64,000 bases of DNA from Octopus bimaculoides (GCF_001194135.2 NC_068982.1:21457760-21521759), one strand, 5' to 3'; shown: positions 40,510-53,167, counted from the stretch's first letter. Numbers and translations: made by a program. Notes: generated by a model from the sequence alone, not told the origin.

Positions 40510-41010
40510 CTTGGCAGGCTGGAAAAGACACGTTCGTTCCCATTCACCACCTTTTTCTCGAAGCATCCTACGTCGACTATCGACATCACGAATAATGTGC
40601 TCTGTGTAGCCAACATTTCGAATATCGGCTAATGATATCCCTGTCTGCTCCCCTGGAGAATTTTTTGTCTGGATTACACGATGGACTTTACTGATGTCTC
40701 CATTGTACTTGTCAGATAGTTGGTCACAAATATGGTTTCCACGACTTTTACACACCCATCTCGTATCAAATATCACCACAAGATCCAGAGTGGTGCATCC
40801 CAGATTGCTTTCCAATTGCTCACTGGCATAAAGAGGTGGACACTCCAAGGAAATCCTCCATGTACTTCAAAACTACGTGGGACATACACGGCATCTATTC
40901 TAAACTCAGCACATTCGATATTCTACTTAGTGCGCACGTTCAAGAATATCCACTGTATCTCGAGGCTCGGGCGCATCTGACACAGCACCGCCATCCCGTC
41001 CCATTTTTGC
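40510..41010 (-). mobile_element. Second decayed L1/Tx1-type APE endonuclease fragment
   Basis: DGMAVL...FRIDAVYVP, NWKAIWDA (cf. GDWNAILD), LSDKY, VGYTEH (cf. TDH). Overlaps the same domain as the 38.6-39.0 kb piece, so it is an independent copy. Confidence 0.65.
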
Positions 41011-41230
41011 ACATTTAAGAAATAAGAAAATTCTTAAATTTGCCGTAAATTGCTAAGGCGCAAGTGTCGGAAATCCTAGATTCACTGATGATTATTACAT
41101 CCTAACTTAGCGACCTCATTTACTGAGTCGGTGAACTTGCTTCCAGGTAATCCCCACCAACGATTATTTTTTTGTAATCATATACTTATAATTAGCCTAT
41201 CAATTACTCCTTTCCACTCTAATATTTCCT

Positions 41231-41437
41231 AAGGCTGAGAGCTGGCAGAATCGTTAGCACTCTGCACCAATGCCTAGCAGCATTTTACCCGTCTTTACGT
41301 TATAAGTTCAAATTTTGCCCAGATCAACTTTGCTTTATATCCTTTCGAAATCGATGTTGAGGAATGGAATCGATGCGACCGACTAACCCCTCCCCGAAAT
41401 TGCATGCCTTGCGCCAAAAATTTCGAACCAATATTAA
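41231..41437 (+). mobile_element. Family B SINE with alternative 3' tail
   Basis: AGGCTGAGAGCTGGCAGAATCGTTAG head, AAGTTCAAATT B-box-like motif, tail CGACTAACCCCTCCCCGAAATTGCATGCCTTGCGCC. Confidence 0.8.
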
Positions 41438-41459
41438 TCTTTCCTATTGTTAGTTCAAG

Positions 41460-41600
41460 GCCAGACATCCTATGAGGAGGGGAAACAATTAATGTCCCTG
41501 TATGAACGCTACATTATATCGTCGTCCCCGGAAAGATGAAATGTTAACATAAACTCGGTGGTATTTGAACTCACAATGAAAAATGTTCTGATGAGAGCAA
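41460..41600 (-). mobile_element. Diverged family B SINE fragment
   Basis: CCCCGGAAAGATGAAATG...CTCGGTGGTATTTGAACTCAC. Confidence 0.55.
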
Positions 41601-42393
41601 AATATTTTATTAACAGATATCCCTGTTAAGTTAATAGAAATTGTCAAGCCCTAATATTGTCGACTGCAGGAAGAGCAAAACACAACTTTGACCCCATTGA
41701 CTCGGGGTTTCATCAAACAGTATAACGTGCAAGGGATGAATTATAACATGCCAATTTAACATGTTGAGCACTCAAATGTTACTGACATCCACCATCACCA
41801 CCACCTTATTTTCCTTCTTCCTTCTTTTCCTTCTTCTTCCTCCTCTTCCTTCTGCTTCTTCTTTGTTATCGTTCACCCCTTCATCTCTCCCACTTCCTTC
41901 TTCCAACTTCTGCATAATCAGCCATGTTAGTTTTGTATTTCTTTATCTTCTTTTCTCTCTTCTCTTTTTCACATTTTCTTCTACTTGTCGTTCGTTTCCT
42001 TCTTGTTATTCTTCATTCATTCATTCATTCATCTCTTCTTATCTTCTTCATTTTCATATTCTTCCCTCACCACTTTCTATATCACTTTTTCCAGCGTTTC
42101 TTCTTTCTTTCTCCCTTCCTTCCTCTTCTGTTTCTTCTTCTTCTTCCCATCCGCCTCCTCTTCCCCCTTGCGGTTGCTACTACTCCATCAAGGCGCTGGG
42201 ATTCATGATAACGGTAATAACGGTAGAGCTGATGCTGATGATAATGATGATATCAGCAAACATGGCGCTGATGCTGCATATCGTTAAAGCAGTGGTGACA
42301 TTGACTGGCTCATACGACTACTACACACGACGCAGTTTGCAATATGCTTGCTAATGTTCTTAGTGACGTTGTTACCTCACCATTGCACTTAGC

Positions 42394-42860
42394 TTGCACA
42401 TACTGATGATGATGGTGATCATGATGATTATGATGATGATGATGATGACGATGATGATGCCGACGATGATGATGATGTGGATTATGAGAATGATGATAAT
42501 GGTGTTAAGGATAATGAAGTGGATGATGATGATGAAGATAATGAATAATGATAATGATAATGACTACGATGATGATGCTGGATATTATGGGAAAGTTGAT
42601 GATGGTGATGAGACTAATGATGATAATGATGATGAAGTGGAGGAGGAAGAGGGGGGAGGAGGGTACTGATGTTTGTTGAGATGATGATGGTTGTGATTAT
42701 GGTGGTGATTATAAGCATGATTATGGTTATAATAGGGGTGATGGTGAGGAGGGGAGGCTGCTGCTGCCGATGACGAAGATGATAGGGATTGCGGGGATGT
42801 TGGTGGTTGTGGTGATGGTGACGGTGGTAGTGGTGGTGGTGATAGATGTGAAAGTACTGG
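42394..42860. repeat. Degenerate (GAT)/(GGT) trinucleotide tract
   Basis: Visible directly in the sequence. Confidence 0.9.
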
Positions 42861-43792
42861 TGTTACTGGTTAAGGTTGGATGCGAGAAGATGTGGGAATG
42901 GAATTCGTGATGGTTGTGGTGATTAGGACAAATAAAAAAGAAAATGATAAAAAGACGATCGCGGCGTTGATTATCATGTTGCTAACGGTAAAGATTATGA
43001 TGGTGGTAATTATGTGGAGAAGGTGAGAGCAAAAAGTTTGTGTTGTTAATGCTGATGCATCAGTTGTCAATCTAGCATGTTTGTGTTGATAACGTTCTCA
43101 TATCTGCCTTTTCTGATCCTGTTGCGAATGCAAATGGTAACACAGCTGTCGTAATCACTACTATTTCAAGCACTGTAATGTTAAAAGAAAGCCGACACGT
43201 AAGAGAATGGTTGTATAAATGTCAAGTTCCTGCGTCGTTGAGAGAAAATGTAATTGTGTGTTATACCTTCTCTATGGCATTTGAAGAGCTGATAAGAGCG
43301 CCTATGTGTGGTCAAGAGACTTGTGATAACAGTCAGGCAAACTTTTTCTCTGTCCATGCTATTCTAATATATAAGGAATACACTGACTCAAGAATTTAAC
43401 GAAGGAGTATAGAATTGTTTACAAAGCGGGCAGATGCACTCAGAGGTTGAGTGAACGAAACCGAAGAAATTCTTTAGAAAACATTCACCCACATATTCGT
43501 TTCGATAACGGTTTCACAGCAATGCTTAGAAGTATGTTGAAAATATTGTCTGTATGTATGTGTGTGTTATCTAGGTATGCGCGTGCGTGAGCGTGTGTGT
43601 GTGTGTGTGAGTGTGTGTGTGTGTGTGTGTATGTGTGTGTGCGTGTGTGTGTGTTATGTGATAGGCAGTAGGTAAGATGATAGCAGCGTAGAAATACTTA
43701 TATGCATCTATTAGAGAGAGTTTAGAGAGAAAGAAAAGAGAGATAGATAAATAGATCGATAGATAGATAGATAGATAGATAGAGAAAGAGAG

Positions 43793-43843
<51 letters not shown>

Positions 43844-46800
43844 GAAAAAAAAAGAAGGAAATTGTTTAAGTGTGTCAAGTAAGGCTGAATGAGCATATGA
43901 AATGTATGACTATGAGACACAAAGAGAAATAGATTTATCTGGTGAATTCAAGCAAATTAAGTAATTTATGTCTTTGTCTTTCTTATTTTTCTCTTTCTCC
44001 CTCTTTCTCTCTCTCTCTCTGTGAGAGAGAGGTGGCGAAAGAGCGAGGAAGATGGGAGATCATCTTTTTTATAGTGACCCTCAGAGATATAGAGTTTTGT
44101 GGCAATTAAACCGAATTCTCTGGAGAGTAAAGTATTAGGATTTATAACCGCAGAAAAAAATTCTAGAAGGGTACCGTAGAATGTTAGGGCTAAAACTAAA
44201 AGTGTTCTCTTGAGCATTGCAAACATCACTCATATTCGGCATCAAATGTCATATGTTACGAGATAATTTAGCAGACCTGTTGATTAACGGTGAGGGTTTC
44301 TATCTCAAGCTATGTTAATGATTTCCAAGTTTTGGTAATATGAGCAAAATGAAGTTTCGATTCGAGAAAGGATTGTAATGGAATGAATCCAACTTAGAGT
44401 GCATTCTCTTACAAATGCTTCCTAAGACAAAACAAAACCGAATTGCCAGGCTTCAAAGGTTTTTTATGATAGATCAACTTGAATAGAACACATGTGGGCC
44501 TTAATAACAAAATCTTCATGAAATATCAGAAACTTGAAATATTTTTTCTAAATATTTTACTTACTTGGCAGACTGCTTGGGCATCAACAACATTAAAACG
44601 AATTTTCCTATCATTTTCATCATTCGGATTTTGTTGACCTTATACAAAGTAATGTTTTGTAGCTTAACATGCAGATAAATGCGGTAATTTCCGATTGGTC
44701 TAAGTCGTACTGTGCAATATGAAGACTATAATGTATATATTTATTTTTTAATTATTATACTTATTGTCATTCGACTGCAGTTATGCTGGGGCAGCTCCTT
44801 GAAGATTTTGGTCGATCAATACATACGTCAAATCTGTAAATCACTTATCACAGCTTTTGACGAAACATTATTTCGCATGGATATTAAAAATTCCGACCCT
44901 CTATGCTACAGTGAGAGACGGACCCAAACAATGCCATATGCATTTATTTACACGCATATGCATATATATATATATATGCATGCACATCGAGCCGGTACGC
45001 AGTTTCTTGTAGATCAAACTCACTCACAAAGCATTAGTCGCGCTATAGCAGTAGACATATGATATAGGTGTACTCAATAGAAATGAACCTGGAAACGCGT
45101 AGTTGCAAATCAGATTTCTTAACCACACAACCGTAATTATGTCTATCAAATTTACTCTCAAACTACTTCATGTAAGTGTGCGTCTTGTATCCTTGGAGCT
45201 TTTTGATGAGCAACATCATTGCTGTTGTTGTTCTTTTGCACTATGGCAACTCCGATTGAGGAGATATATGATTAACAATCTTCCAACCATGACGTCTCAA
45301 CTTACTGAGGCATCGCGTACGCGTATGATTGACTATCACATTATGCCATGTGTTCTTTTTCTTTTTACTAAACGCTTTTAAGACATCTGTGGAAGCCTCC
45401 GTTGGCTTATTGGCTATAGGTGTTCTACGAACTGCAACCACAACTGTATTTCTGATGGTCATGTGTTGTCTTTTCCTTGTGATTTTCATGTTAAAGAAGA
45501 TCGCAGGCCTTACTTTCAACTGTGATTCTAAGACGTCTACAGTGCCAGGCCTACCACATTTTGCTACGGTCGTAGCGACATAAAATTGGGTGGTAGCAGC
45601 CAACAATATCTGAAATGTGTTGATTAATTTTGTTGTGACTCATTCTCTAATAAGTACAGCTAATTACCGCCTTACACAAAGCGTATGAACAACCATAATA
45701 CAACACTATATCTGTAAAGCATAGAACATATGGAGAAAGTTTCAGATCCGTTCATACTTGCGCCAACTCACCGTGCTCTTGCTACGCTTCTAAGTGCTTG
45801 AACTACATGTAAGATTAATTTCAAAACCGACCAGATATCACCATTATCAAAAACTTCTGTATTTTAAACAGAGTTAAGTCAGTTGCCAGCATTAGTACAT
45901 GGTGAAATTTCCTCCTCGAACACGTTTTTCCTAGATAAATTGACCTGCAGCTTTTAATGCTATACATAACCTAGAAAATTCAGTATAAGAATCAAGCTAA
46001 ATTTTCTCTCAAAATACGTATTTCATGTATTACTCATACACTGCGAATTTTGGCCAGGCCAAATGGCATGAAAAGAGATACGCTCCTTCAGGTTAACTTG
46101 TACTTGACGCTATACATGAAGATGAATTATTTGGATACATGCCAAATATATATTGAAGGGTACGAGATATTTTCATGTCCATTCACGCAAAACATCTACT
46201 CAGTTACACTATATTTGTTGTTTAAAATATGTAAGTCAGAGAAAGAAGAAGTAGATATGTCAACGAAAATGGTGTAATGGAGGCCAGAAAAAAGAAGCTA
46301 TGGGAGAAAATGGACAGTTGAAAAGAGGAAAGAAATAAATACGAGCAAGAAGAAAACGAATAAAGAAAATAACTAACAAAAGATATATAGAAAAATAAAA
46401 TAAAGTATAGAAAAGCCAGAAAAAAAATATGAAACTGAACGAATAATAGAAAAACAACGCAATGAAAGCAGAACAGAAAGAAACAGAAAAAAACGAAAAG
46501 AGCTTGTAAAGCAAGAACGAAATGTCACTATAAATAAGTTAACACCAAAAGAAAAAAAAATGCGGGTTGGGGGTAGAGAAGCTGAGTAATGAAATATTTA
46601 AGCAACATAAAAAAGAAAGGATGCTAGTGTCGTATAGCCCGAGATCAAACCTGATTGAGAAGACCTTAGTTCGTAATGTCTGCCAACTAACTTCCAACCA
46701 TATTTTTTCAAGCTATTTATCCATTGCGATAATCCAAATTGTGGTATATCACTATTCAGATGATCAATTGTTTTGTAGAGGAGTTTGAGAGACGAATGAA

Positions 46801-46940
46801 GTCTTCTTCGTTGGCTTCAGTAAAAACAAGATGTGTTGTATAAGACGATCATACAGGAGTGCGGAGAAAAAAGACCAAGATATTGCAAATTATCGGAGAG
46901 ACATTAAATTATATACCAACCAATCCATGAATATTCTATC

Positions 46941-46971
<31 letters not shown>

Positions 46972-47463
46972 NNNNNNNNNNNNNNNNNNNNNNNNNNNNN
47001 NNNNNNNNNNNNNNNNNNNNNNNNNNNNNNNNNNNNNNNNNNNNNNNNNNNNNNNNNNNNNNNNNNNNNNNNNNNNNNNNNNNNNNNNNNNNNNNNNNNN
47101 NNNNNNNNNNNNNNNNNNNNNNNNNNNNNNNNNNNNNNNNNNNNNNNNNNNNNNNNNNNNNNNNNNNNNNNNNNNNNNNNNNNNNNNNNNNNNNNNNNNN
47201 NNNNNNNNNNNNNNNNNNNNNNNNNNNNNNNNNNNNNNNNNNNNNNNNNNNNNNNNNNNNNNNNNNNNNNNNNNNNNNNNNNNNNNNNNNNNNNNNNNNN
47301 NNNNNNNNNNNNNNNNNNNNNNNNNNNNNNNNNNNNNNNNNNNNNNNNNNNNNNNNNNNNNNNNNNNNNNNNNNNNNNNNNNNNNNNNNNNNNNNNNNNN
47401 NNNNNNNNNNNNNNNNNNNNNNNNNNNNNNNNNNNNNNNNNNNNNNNNNNNNNNNNNNNNNCA

Positions 47464-47848
47464 TTTAATCCTTTGGCTGATTAAGCCATAGCTTCGTTTT
47501 ATTTGCTTTTTTCATTTTCTTTTTTTTTCTTCATTTTATTTGCTTTTTTCTTTTTAAATTTGCTGTTTTACCCTAACCCTAACCCTAACCCTATCACCGA
47601 TAGAATTGTTTCAGAATCGTTTGTTTATGTAGTCGGCATTTAATGTATATCGGCTGAATGGACGTCAGTGATTGGTTGAAATTACAGAAATACGACAATT
47701 TTAACATGGAATAACTTTAGGATTTCTTTTTTTTTTTAAAGAAGACTAAGAGAAAAAGATGTTTTTTTTATGACACATTCTACCAGTGTTCCAAGTTTCA
47801 AAGCGTTTCGTTAATGAAAAATGCGGCCCCCGTTTTAAAAAAGATCCC
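47464..47848. mobile_element. Probable interspersed DNA-type repeat fragment with an internal telomere-like (CCCTAA)3
   Basis: CCCTAA units at 47571-47593 within complex sequence ending AAAAAAGATCCC. The other end is lost in the gap, so a TIR cannot be tested. Confidence 0.35.
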
Positions 47849-47859
47849 ATATATATATT

Positions 47860-48031
47860 AGGCGCAGGAGTGGCTGTGTGGTAAGTAGCTTGCTTACCAA
47901 CCACATGGCTCCGGGTTCATTCCCACTGCGTCGCACCTTGAGCTACTGTCTTCTACTATAGCCTCGGGCCAACCAAAGCCTTGTGAGTGGATTTGGTAGA
48001 CGGAAACTGAAAGAAGCCAGTCGTATATATG

Positions 48032-48082
<51 letters not shown>

Positions 48083-48282
48083 TTGTGTCTGTGCTTGTCC
48101 TACACACCAACGCTTGACAACCGATGGTGGTGTGTTTACGTCCCCGTAACTTAGCGGTTCGGCGAAAGAGACCGATAGAATAAGTACTAGGCTTCCAAAG
48201 AATAGGTCCTGGGGTCGATTTGCTCGACTAAAGGCGGTGCTCCAACATGTCCGCAGTCAAATGACTGAAGCAAGTAAAAGAG
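47860..48282 (+). mobile_element. Family A SINE, full length, best-preserved copy
   Basis: AGGCGCAGGAGTGGCTGTGTGG (A-box-like), GGGTTCATTCCC (B-box-like), central domain, internal (TA)n(TG)n, 3' module, tail GACTGAAGCAAGTAAAAGAG. Confidence 0.95.
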
Positions 48283-48792
48283 TATATATATATATATACA
48301 TACAGATATATTAATAATATTAGAAATGTCCACTACCTAGCGTGTAAAAATTTATTCAATAGACTATATATTATTCATATAAATACAGTGTACATCTAAA
48401 CACATAAGAGGTATCCATCATAGGACTACCTGCACGCTAAAGAGGACAGTTAAATTCCAAACGACTATTAGGGATAACATTTAGAAGGGGATGAAAAATG
48501 AAAAGATTTACCATCTAATTCCTGGACCAAATGGTTTCAGACTTTTTTAGCAAATAAAATAATTTGCTAGGCGAAGCCTTCTTCAGCAGGTACTCCCTAG
48601 ATTAAATATATATACACGAGATAATTCAGTATATGCCCCATGAACTAGATGGCAAATGTTTTTATTTTCCATTCCCTTCTAAATTTTATCTCTAATAGTG
48701 TTTTGGAATGTTTGTGTCCTCTCTAGCGTACAGGTAGTCTTATGATGGATACATCTTGTGTTTAAATGTACGCTGTATATTTATGTACATAC

Positions 48793-48835
<43 letters not shown>

Positions 48836-48852
48836 NNNNNNNNNNNNNNNNN

Positions 48853-48915
<63 letters not shown>

Positions 48916-49624
48916 GTGTGTGGGTGTGTGTGTATGTATATGTATGTATATGTTTGTATATCTACATTCATATTCATATTATATAGACGCAAGATAAACT
49001 TCTCGGTTATTTGCATAGATATGCGAGTTATTCGAGATAACATGCGATGCTCTCGGTTCGATCTGTTCCAAAGTTCCGAGAACGCCCCAGTCAGATTCAT
49101 TGCATAATATGAACTATTTATTTATAAAGTCCTTTGCGTTTCCATTGTGTAGTAATCATTACTGCTCACTAGCATGCATTTGTCTATGTAACTGTGTTGT
49201 CTTATCTATTTAAGTATTATCAAATATCCGCTGATCCTATCGTATATTTGAATACATGGATGTGATCCCGAATTCTTTATAACGCAAGAATTGGTTTATT
49301 AAGCGGCGAATTGGCAAAGTGTCGGAGGAAAAGCCTTCAACTATTTATCTATGCTTCATTTCGCATCTTCATCATCCTCGCTCAAATTCGTTTGCTTTTC
49401 TCCTTTCGATATTTATTCCAGCGCTTTGCGTCCCAAGTCCATAGGCTCGAGACCTAATTCGTCGCTTAAAATGTATACTACTACCTGGTCACTGGGCGTG
49501 TTTGCCAGTGACCAGGTGGGGTTAAAAACTTTCACTGTTTTCCAGCATTCCTGGCATAACTTCAAATGAGAAAAAGATCCTACATTTCACACACCAGTTA
49601 CTGGGGCACTGAAAATATAGACAG

Positions 49625-49790
49625 ATAGGTAGGTAGGTACGTACGTACGTACGTATGTACGTACGTACGTATGTACGTACGTACGTAGGTGGGTAGGTAG
49701 GTGGGTAGGTAGGTAGGTAGGTCGGTCGGTCGATCGATCGATGGATAGAACGATCGATCGATGGATAGAACGATCGATCGATAGACAGAA
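49625..49790. repeat. Compound tetranucleotide array (GGTA)/(CGTA)/(GGTC)/(GATC)/(GATA)
   Basis: Visible directly in the sequence. Confidence 0.95.
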
Positions 49791-49954
49791 AGAGAAAAAG
49801 AGATGTAGAGATAAAACGATATATATAGAGTTAGATATATATACATATACATATATATAGAGAGAGAGTGAGAGAGAGAGAGATCGATACGACAAGCTGC
49901 TTTAATTTTCTATCAACCAAATTCTATCAACGTTTTGGACGTTTAGATTCTTTT

Positions 49955-50120
49955 ATTCTTTTACTTATTTCAGCTATTTGCCTACTGTCATCCTGGAGCA
50001 CCGCCTTTAGTCGAGCAAATTGACCCCATTACTTAATCTATTGGTATCTTCTGCCGAACCACTAAGTTATGGGGACGTAAACACACCAGCATCGGTTGTC
50101 AAGAGATGTTGGGTGGACAA

Positions 50121-50167
<47 letters not shown>

Positions 50168-50212
50168 AACACACACACACACACACACATACATACATAC
50201 ATACACACACAC

Positions 50213-50243
<31 letters not shown>

Positions 50244-50412
50244 TATATACGACGGGCTTTTTTCAGTTTCCGTCTACCGAATCCAGTCACAAAGCCTTGG
50301 TCAGCCCGAGGTTATAGTAGAAGCCTTTTGCCCAGGTGCCCCGCAGTGGGACTGAGCCCGGAACCATGTGGTTTGTAAGCAAGCTACTTACCACTCACCC
50401 ACTGTTGCACCT
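49955..50412 (-). mobile_element. Family A SINE, full length, with expanded internal microsatellite
   Basis: Reverse complement is collinear with 47860-48282. Confidence 0.92.
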
Positions 50413-50508
50413 ATAGTAGAAGAAACTTGCCCAAGGTGCTACGCAGTGGCACAAAACCCGGGACCATGTGGTTTAGAAGCAAACTTCTTGTCAAACAGTC
50501 GCGCTCAT
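50413..50508 (-). mobile_element. Extra family A head fragment abutting the full-length copy
   Basis: ATAGTAGAAGAAACTTGCCCAAGGTGCTACGCAGTGGC...GGACCATGTGG duplicates the head region in the same orientation. Confidence 0.8.
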
Positions 50509-50810
50509 ATACAAACAAATAGTTAAAGAGTGCTAGATACAAATGTATTCCTATGTGGTAATATGTATATGTTCTCATGCATACATACATACACAGACAC
50601 ACACATAGATGTATAAACCTGACATAGTACAGTTTAAATTGAGGAATTTTTTGCATTTGGCAAATGAACAGCTCTACAACGAACTAGAATTTTGTTTTGG
50701 CTATGACCAATGTTTATATCAAATAAAGAAATAGACAGAATGAATCTTGTATATATATCCACGTAAAGACAATACGCTTATATTTACCCGTTTAAACATT
50801 CCAGAGCATA

Positions 50811-51306
50811 CAGTAATCCCAGGGTGCATCACGTTTCATCTATTGTGCACTCAATACAACACGGTTCACCTATCGTACATCGCGGATTTTTCTGGCTATT
50901 ATATTTAAATTTATATCACGAACTCCTCAGAATATCGTAGGTGTCTCAGGCCGATAGGTATTAATAATTTTTTAATATTTTGATAATTTCTTTGGTAAAA
51001 TAAGGATTTTCCAGCCTAAAAATTAATAAATAAAAATACAGTACAGTACTTCACTACATAACTATATTAAAAGAAAATACGTAGTGAACCATAGATGAAT
51101 AAACACAGCATCGCACGCAATGTATGAATAACAAAACTCGGAGGCGAGTGTGTGGTAATGTTTTGCATTTATTATAAAATAAATATATACAAATTATAAA
51201 AATGATAAAAAAATATACACAATACAGTACTGTTTCTACTTCGCAGATTTTCACCCATTGTGGGAGATTTTGAAACGTAACACCCGCAATAGTCGTGGGA
51301 CTACTG
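50811..51306. mobile_element. Tigger/pogo-like MITE
   Basis: TA|CAGTAATCCCA ... TGGGACTACTG|TA: termini match 10/11 as an inverted repeat, with TA duplication; no ORF. Confidence 0.65.
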
Positions 51307-51699
51307 TATAGGCCTTTGTGCATGCAACTACTGCAAACAAAAAAAAAATTAAGGGAAAGTTTCGAAGGTCCACGCACACTTATATATAATATAGTCATGT
51401 AAAATCACACACACGCACACACACACTCACAAACACTCACACACATATTCACTTACACACCCAAACACAAACATATACTGAGAGAGATTGAGAGAAAGAG
51501 AGAGAAATACAGAGAGTGAAGGGGAGGAAGAAATTTTTGGGCGAACTAATACAACAGATTTGCATTTCAAACCATAAAAATTCAATGCTTTGTTAACAGT
51601 GCAAAACTTTCCGTCCACATCATTGGAGTTCAAACATCTTACTGATGTTACTACATAATGTCTAATAACTGCTTTTGGTATAGGCACAAACGCTGTAAT

Positions 51700-51830
51700 T
51701 GATGGAGATGAGCAAACTCCACTACTAGAGTGGTACTTCAGTTTATCAACTCCAGTGAGACGAAAGGCAAACTTGTCCCCGTCGTGATTGGAACTCAGAA
51801 TTTTTTGTCAGACGAAAGATGTTAAAGTGA
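51700..51830 (-). mobile_element. Diverged family B SINE fragment
   Basis: GTGGTACTTCAGTTTATCAACTCC...GAAAGGCAAAC...GGAACTCAGAA. Confidence 0.55.
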
Positions 51831-52699
51831 CGTATTCACAGTCAAATTATTATCGAAATTAAACGTCCAGTCCAAAAACAGTACTTCAGTGTCTCCTCGT
51901 GCACTTGATTTTAGTCTCCATCGTATTATTTAAAAGCAAATAGTTTTATTTTAGCGACCATTATACTATATATTAAAAAATATTCTATATATATTTTTTT
52001 CACTTTCGCTGACTAACATAATTCAAACAACAAACATTGTGCTCTAAGTAAATGTTTTGCGCGAATGAACATAAAAATATCTCATAACCTTTAATATAGG
52101 TTTGGCATACATCCAAATACTTCACCTTCATGTAATGCGTCAAGTGCAAGTTAACCTAATGGAATCTATCCTTTTCAAGCCATTTAGCTTGACAAGAAAT
52201 CGTAGTGTATGAGTAATACATGAAACGAATGGATAAGCAGGAAATTTAGTTTCATTCCACAGTACTAAATAATGCTAGCCAGAGTATTTTCCTTTCAGGT
52301 CAGATTGTAAGGACAATTTATTAGCACACGATCAAAATCGACTCGTTTACAACAGTTAGAAAATCCTGCACATTCATTATCTAAAGGGACATGCGAAGGG
52401 AATAGTTTTTAAAGGATATGATTAAATTCACAGAGATCTCGATGGGCGACAATCAGTAACATATCATAGAGTACTAGCGTAAAAACGTTATGTTATTTTC
52501 CAGAGTATTCGATTTTGAACGAAATGCGAAAATGTACTAAACTTATCCAGAACAATGGATTATGGTCAGGAAAACTAAGCTGGCTATAAACTGACGTATG
52601 GCCAGTTATTTGTCTAAGCGCTTCCTCTGGATAAATCATGGTAATAATGATTTCATATATACGCAACAGCACTCCCTCAATATGTACACTTACACAACA

Positions 52700-53087
52700 C
52701 AAGTGCGTGACTGTATGGTAAAAAGTTTGCTTCCCTACCACATGGTTTCAGGTTCAGTCCTATTGCGTGGCACTTTAGGCAAGACACTTCTACTGTAGCC
52801 TCGGGCTGACCAAAGCCTTGTGAGTGGATTTGGTAGATGGAAACTGACAGCATCCCGTCGTATACATATATGTGTCTGTGTGTGCGTCCACCCAACATCG
52901 ATTCACAACCGATGCTGGTGTGGTCATGTCCCCATAATCTAGCGTCTCGGCAAGAGACACCGATGGAATAAGTACTAGACTTATAAGGAATAAATCCTGG
53001 AGTCGATTTCTTCAACGAAAATTCTTTAAAGCGGTGCTCCAGGATGACCGGACTCAAATGACTGAAACAAGTAAAAGAATAAAAGAA
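52700..53087 (+). mobile_element. Family A SINE, full length, diverged
   Basis: Collinear with 47860-48282; tail GACTGAAACAAGTAAAAGAATAAAAGA. Confidence 0.9.
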
Positions 53088-53167
53088 TAAATATATACAT
53101 ACNNNNNNNNNNNNNNNNNNNNNNNNNNNNNNNNNNNNNNNNNNNNNNNNNNNNNNNNNNNNNNNNN

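Noticed and set aside
45241-45606. 121-aa minus ORF with a faint mariner-like stretch (GWKIVNHISPQSELP)
   Set aside because: HDNA and YSPD motifs are not present, and no TIR or TA duplication was found.
47571-47593. (CCCTAA)3 as an interstitial telomere or fusion site
   Set aside because: Only three full units embedded in what looks like an interspersed repeat; too short to imply a telomeric origin.
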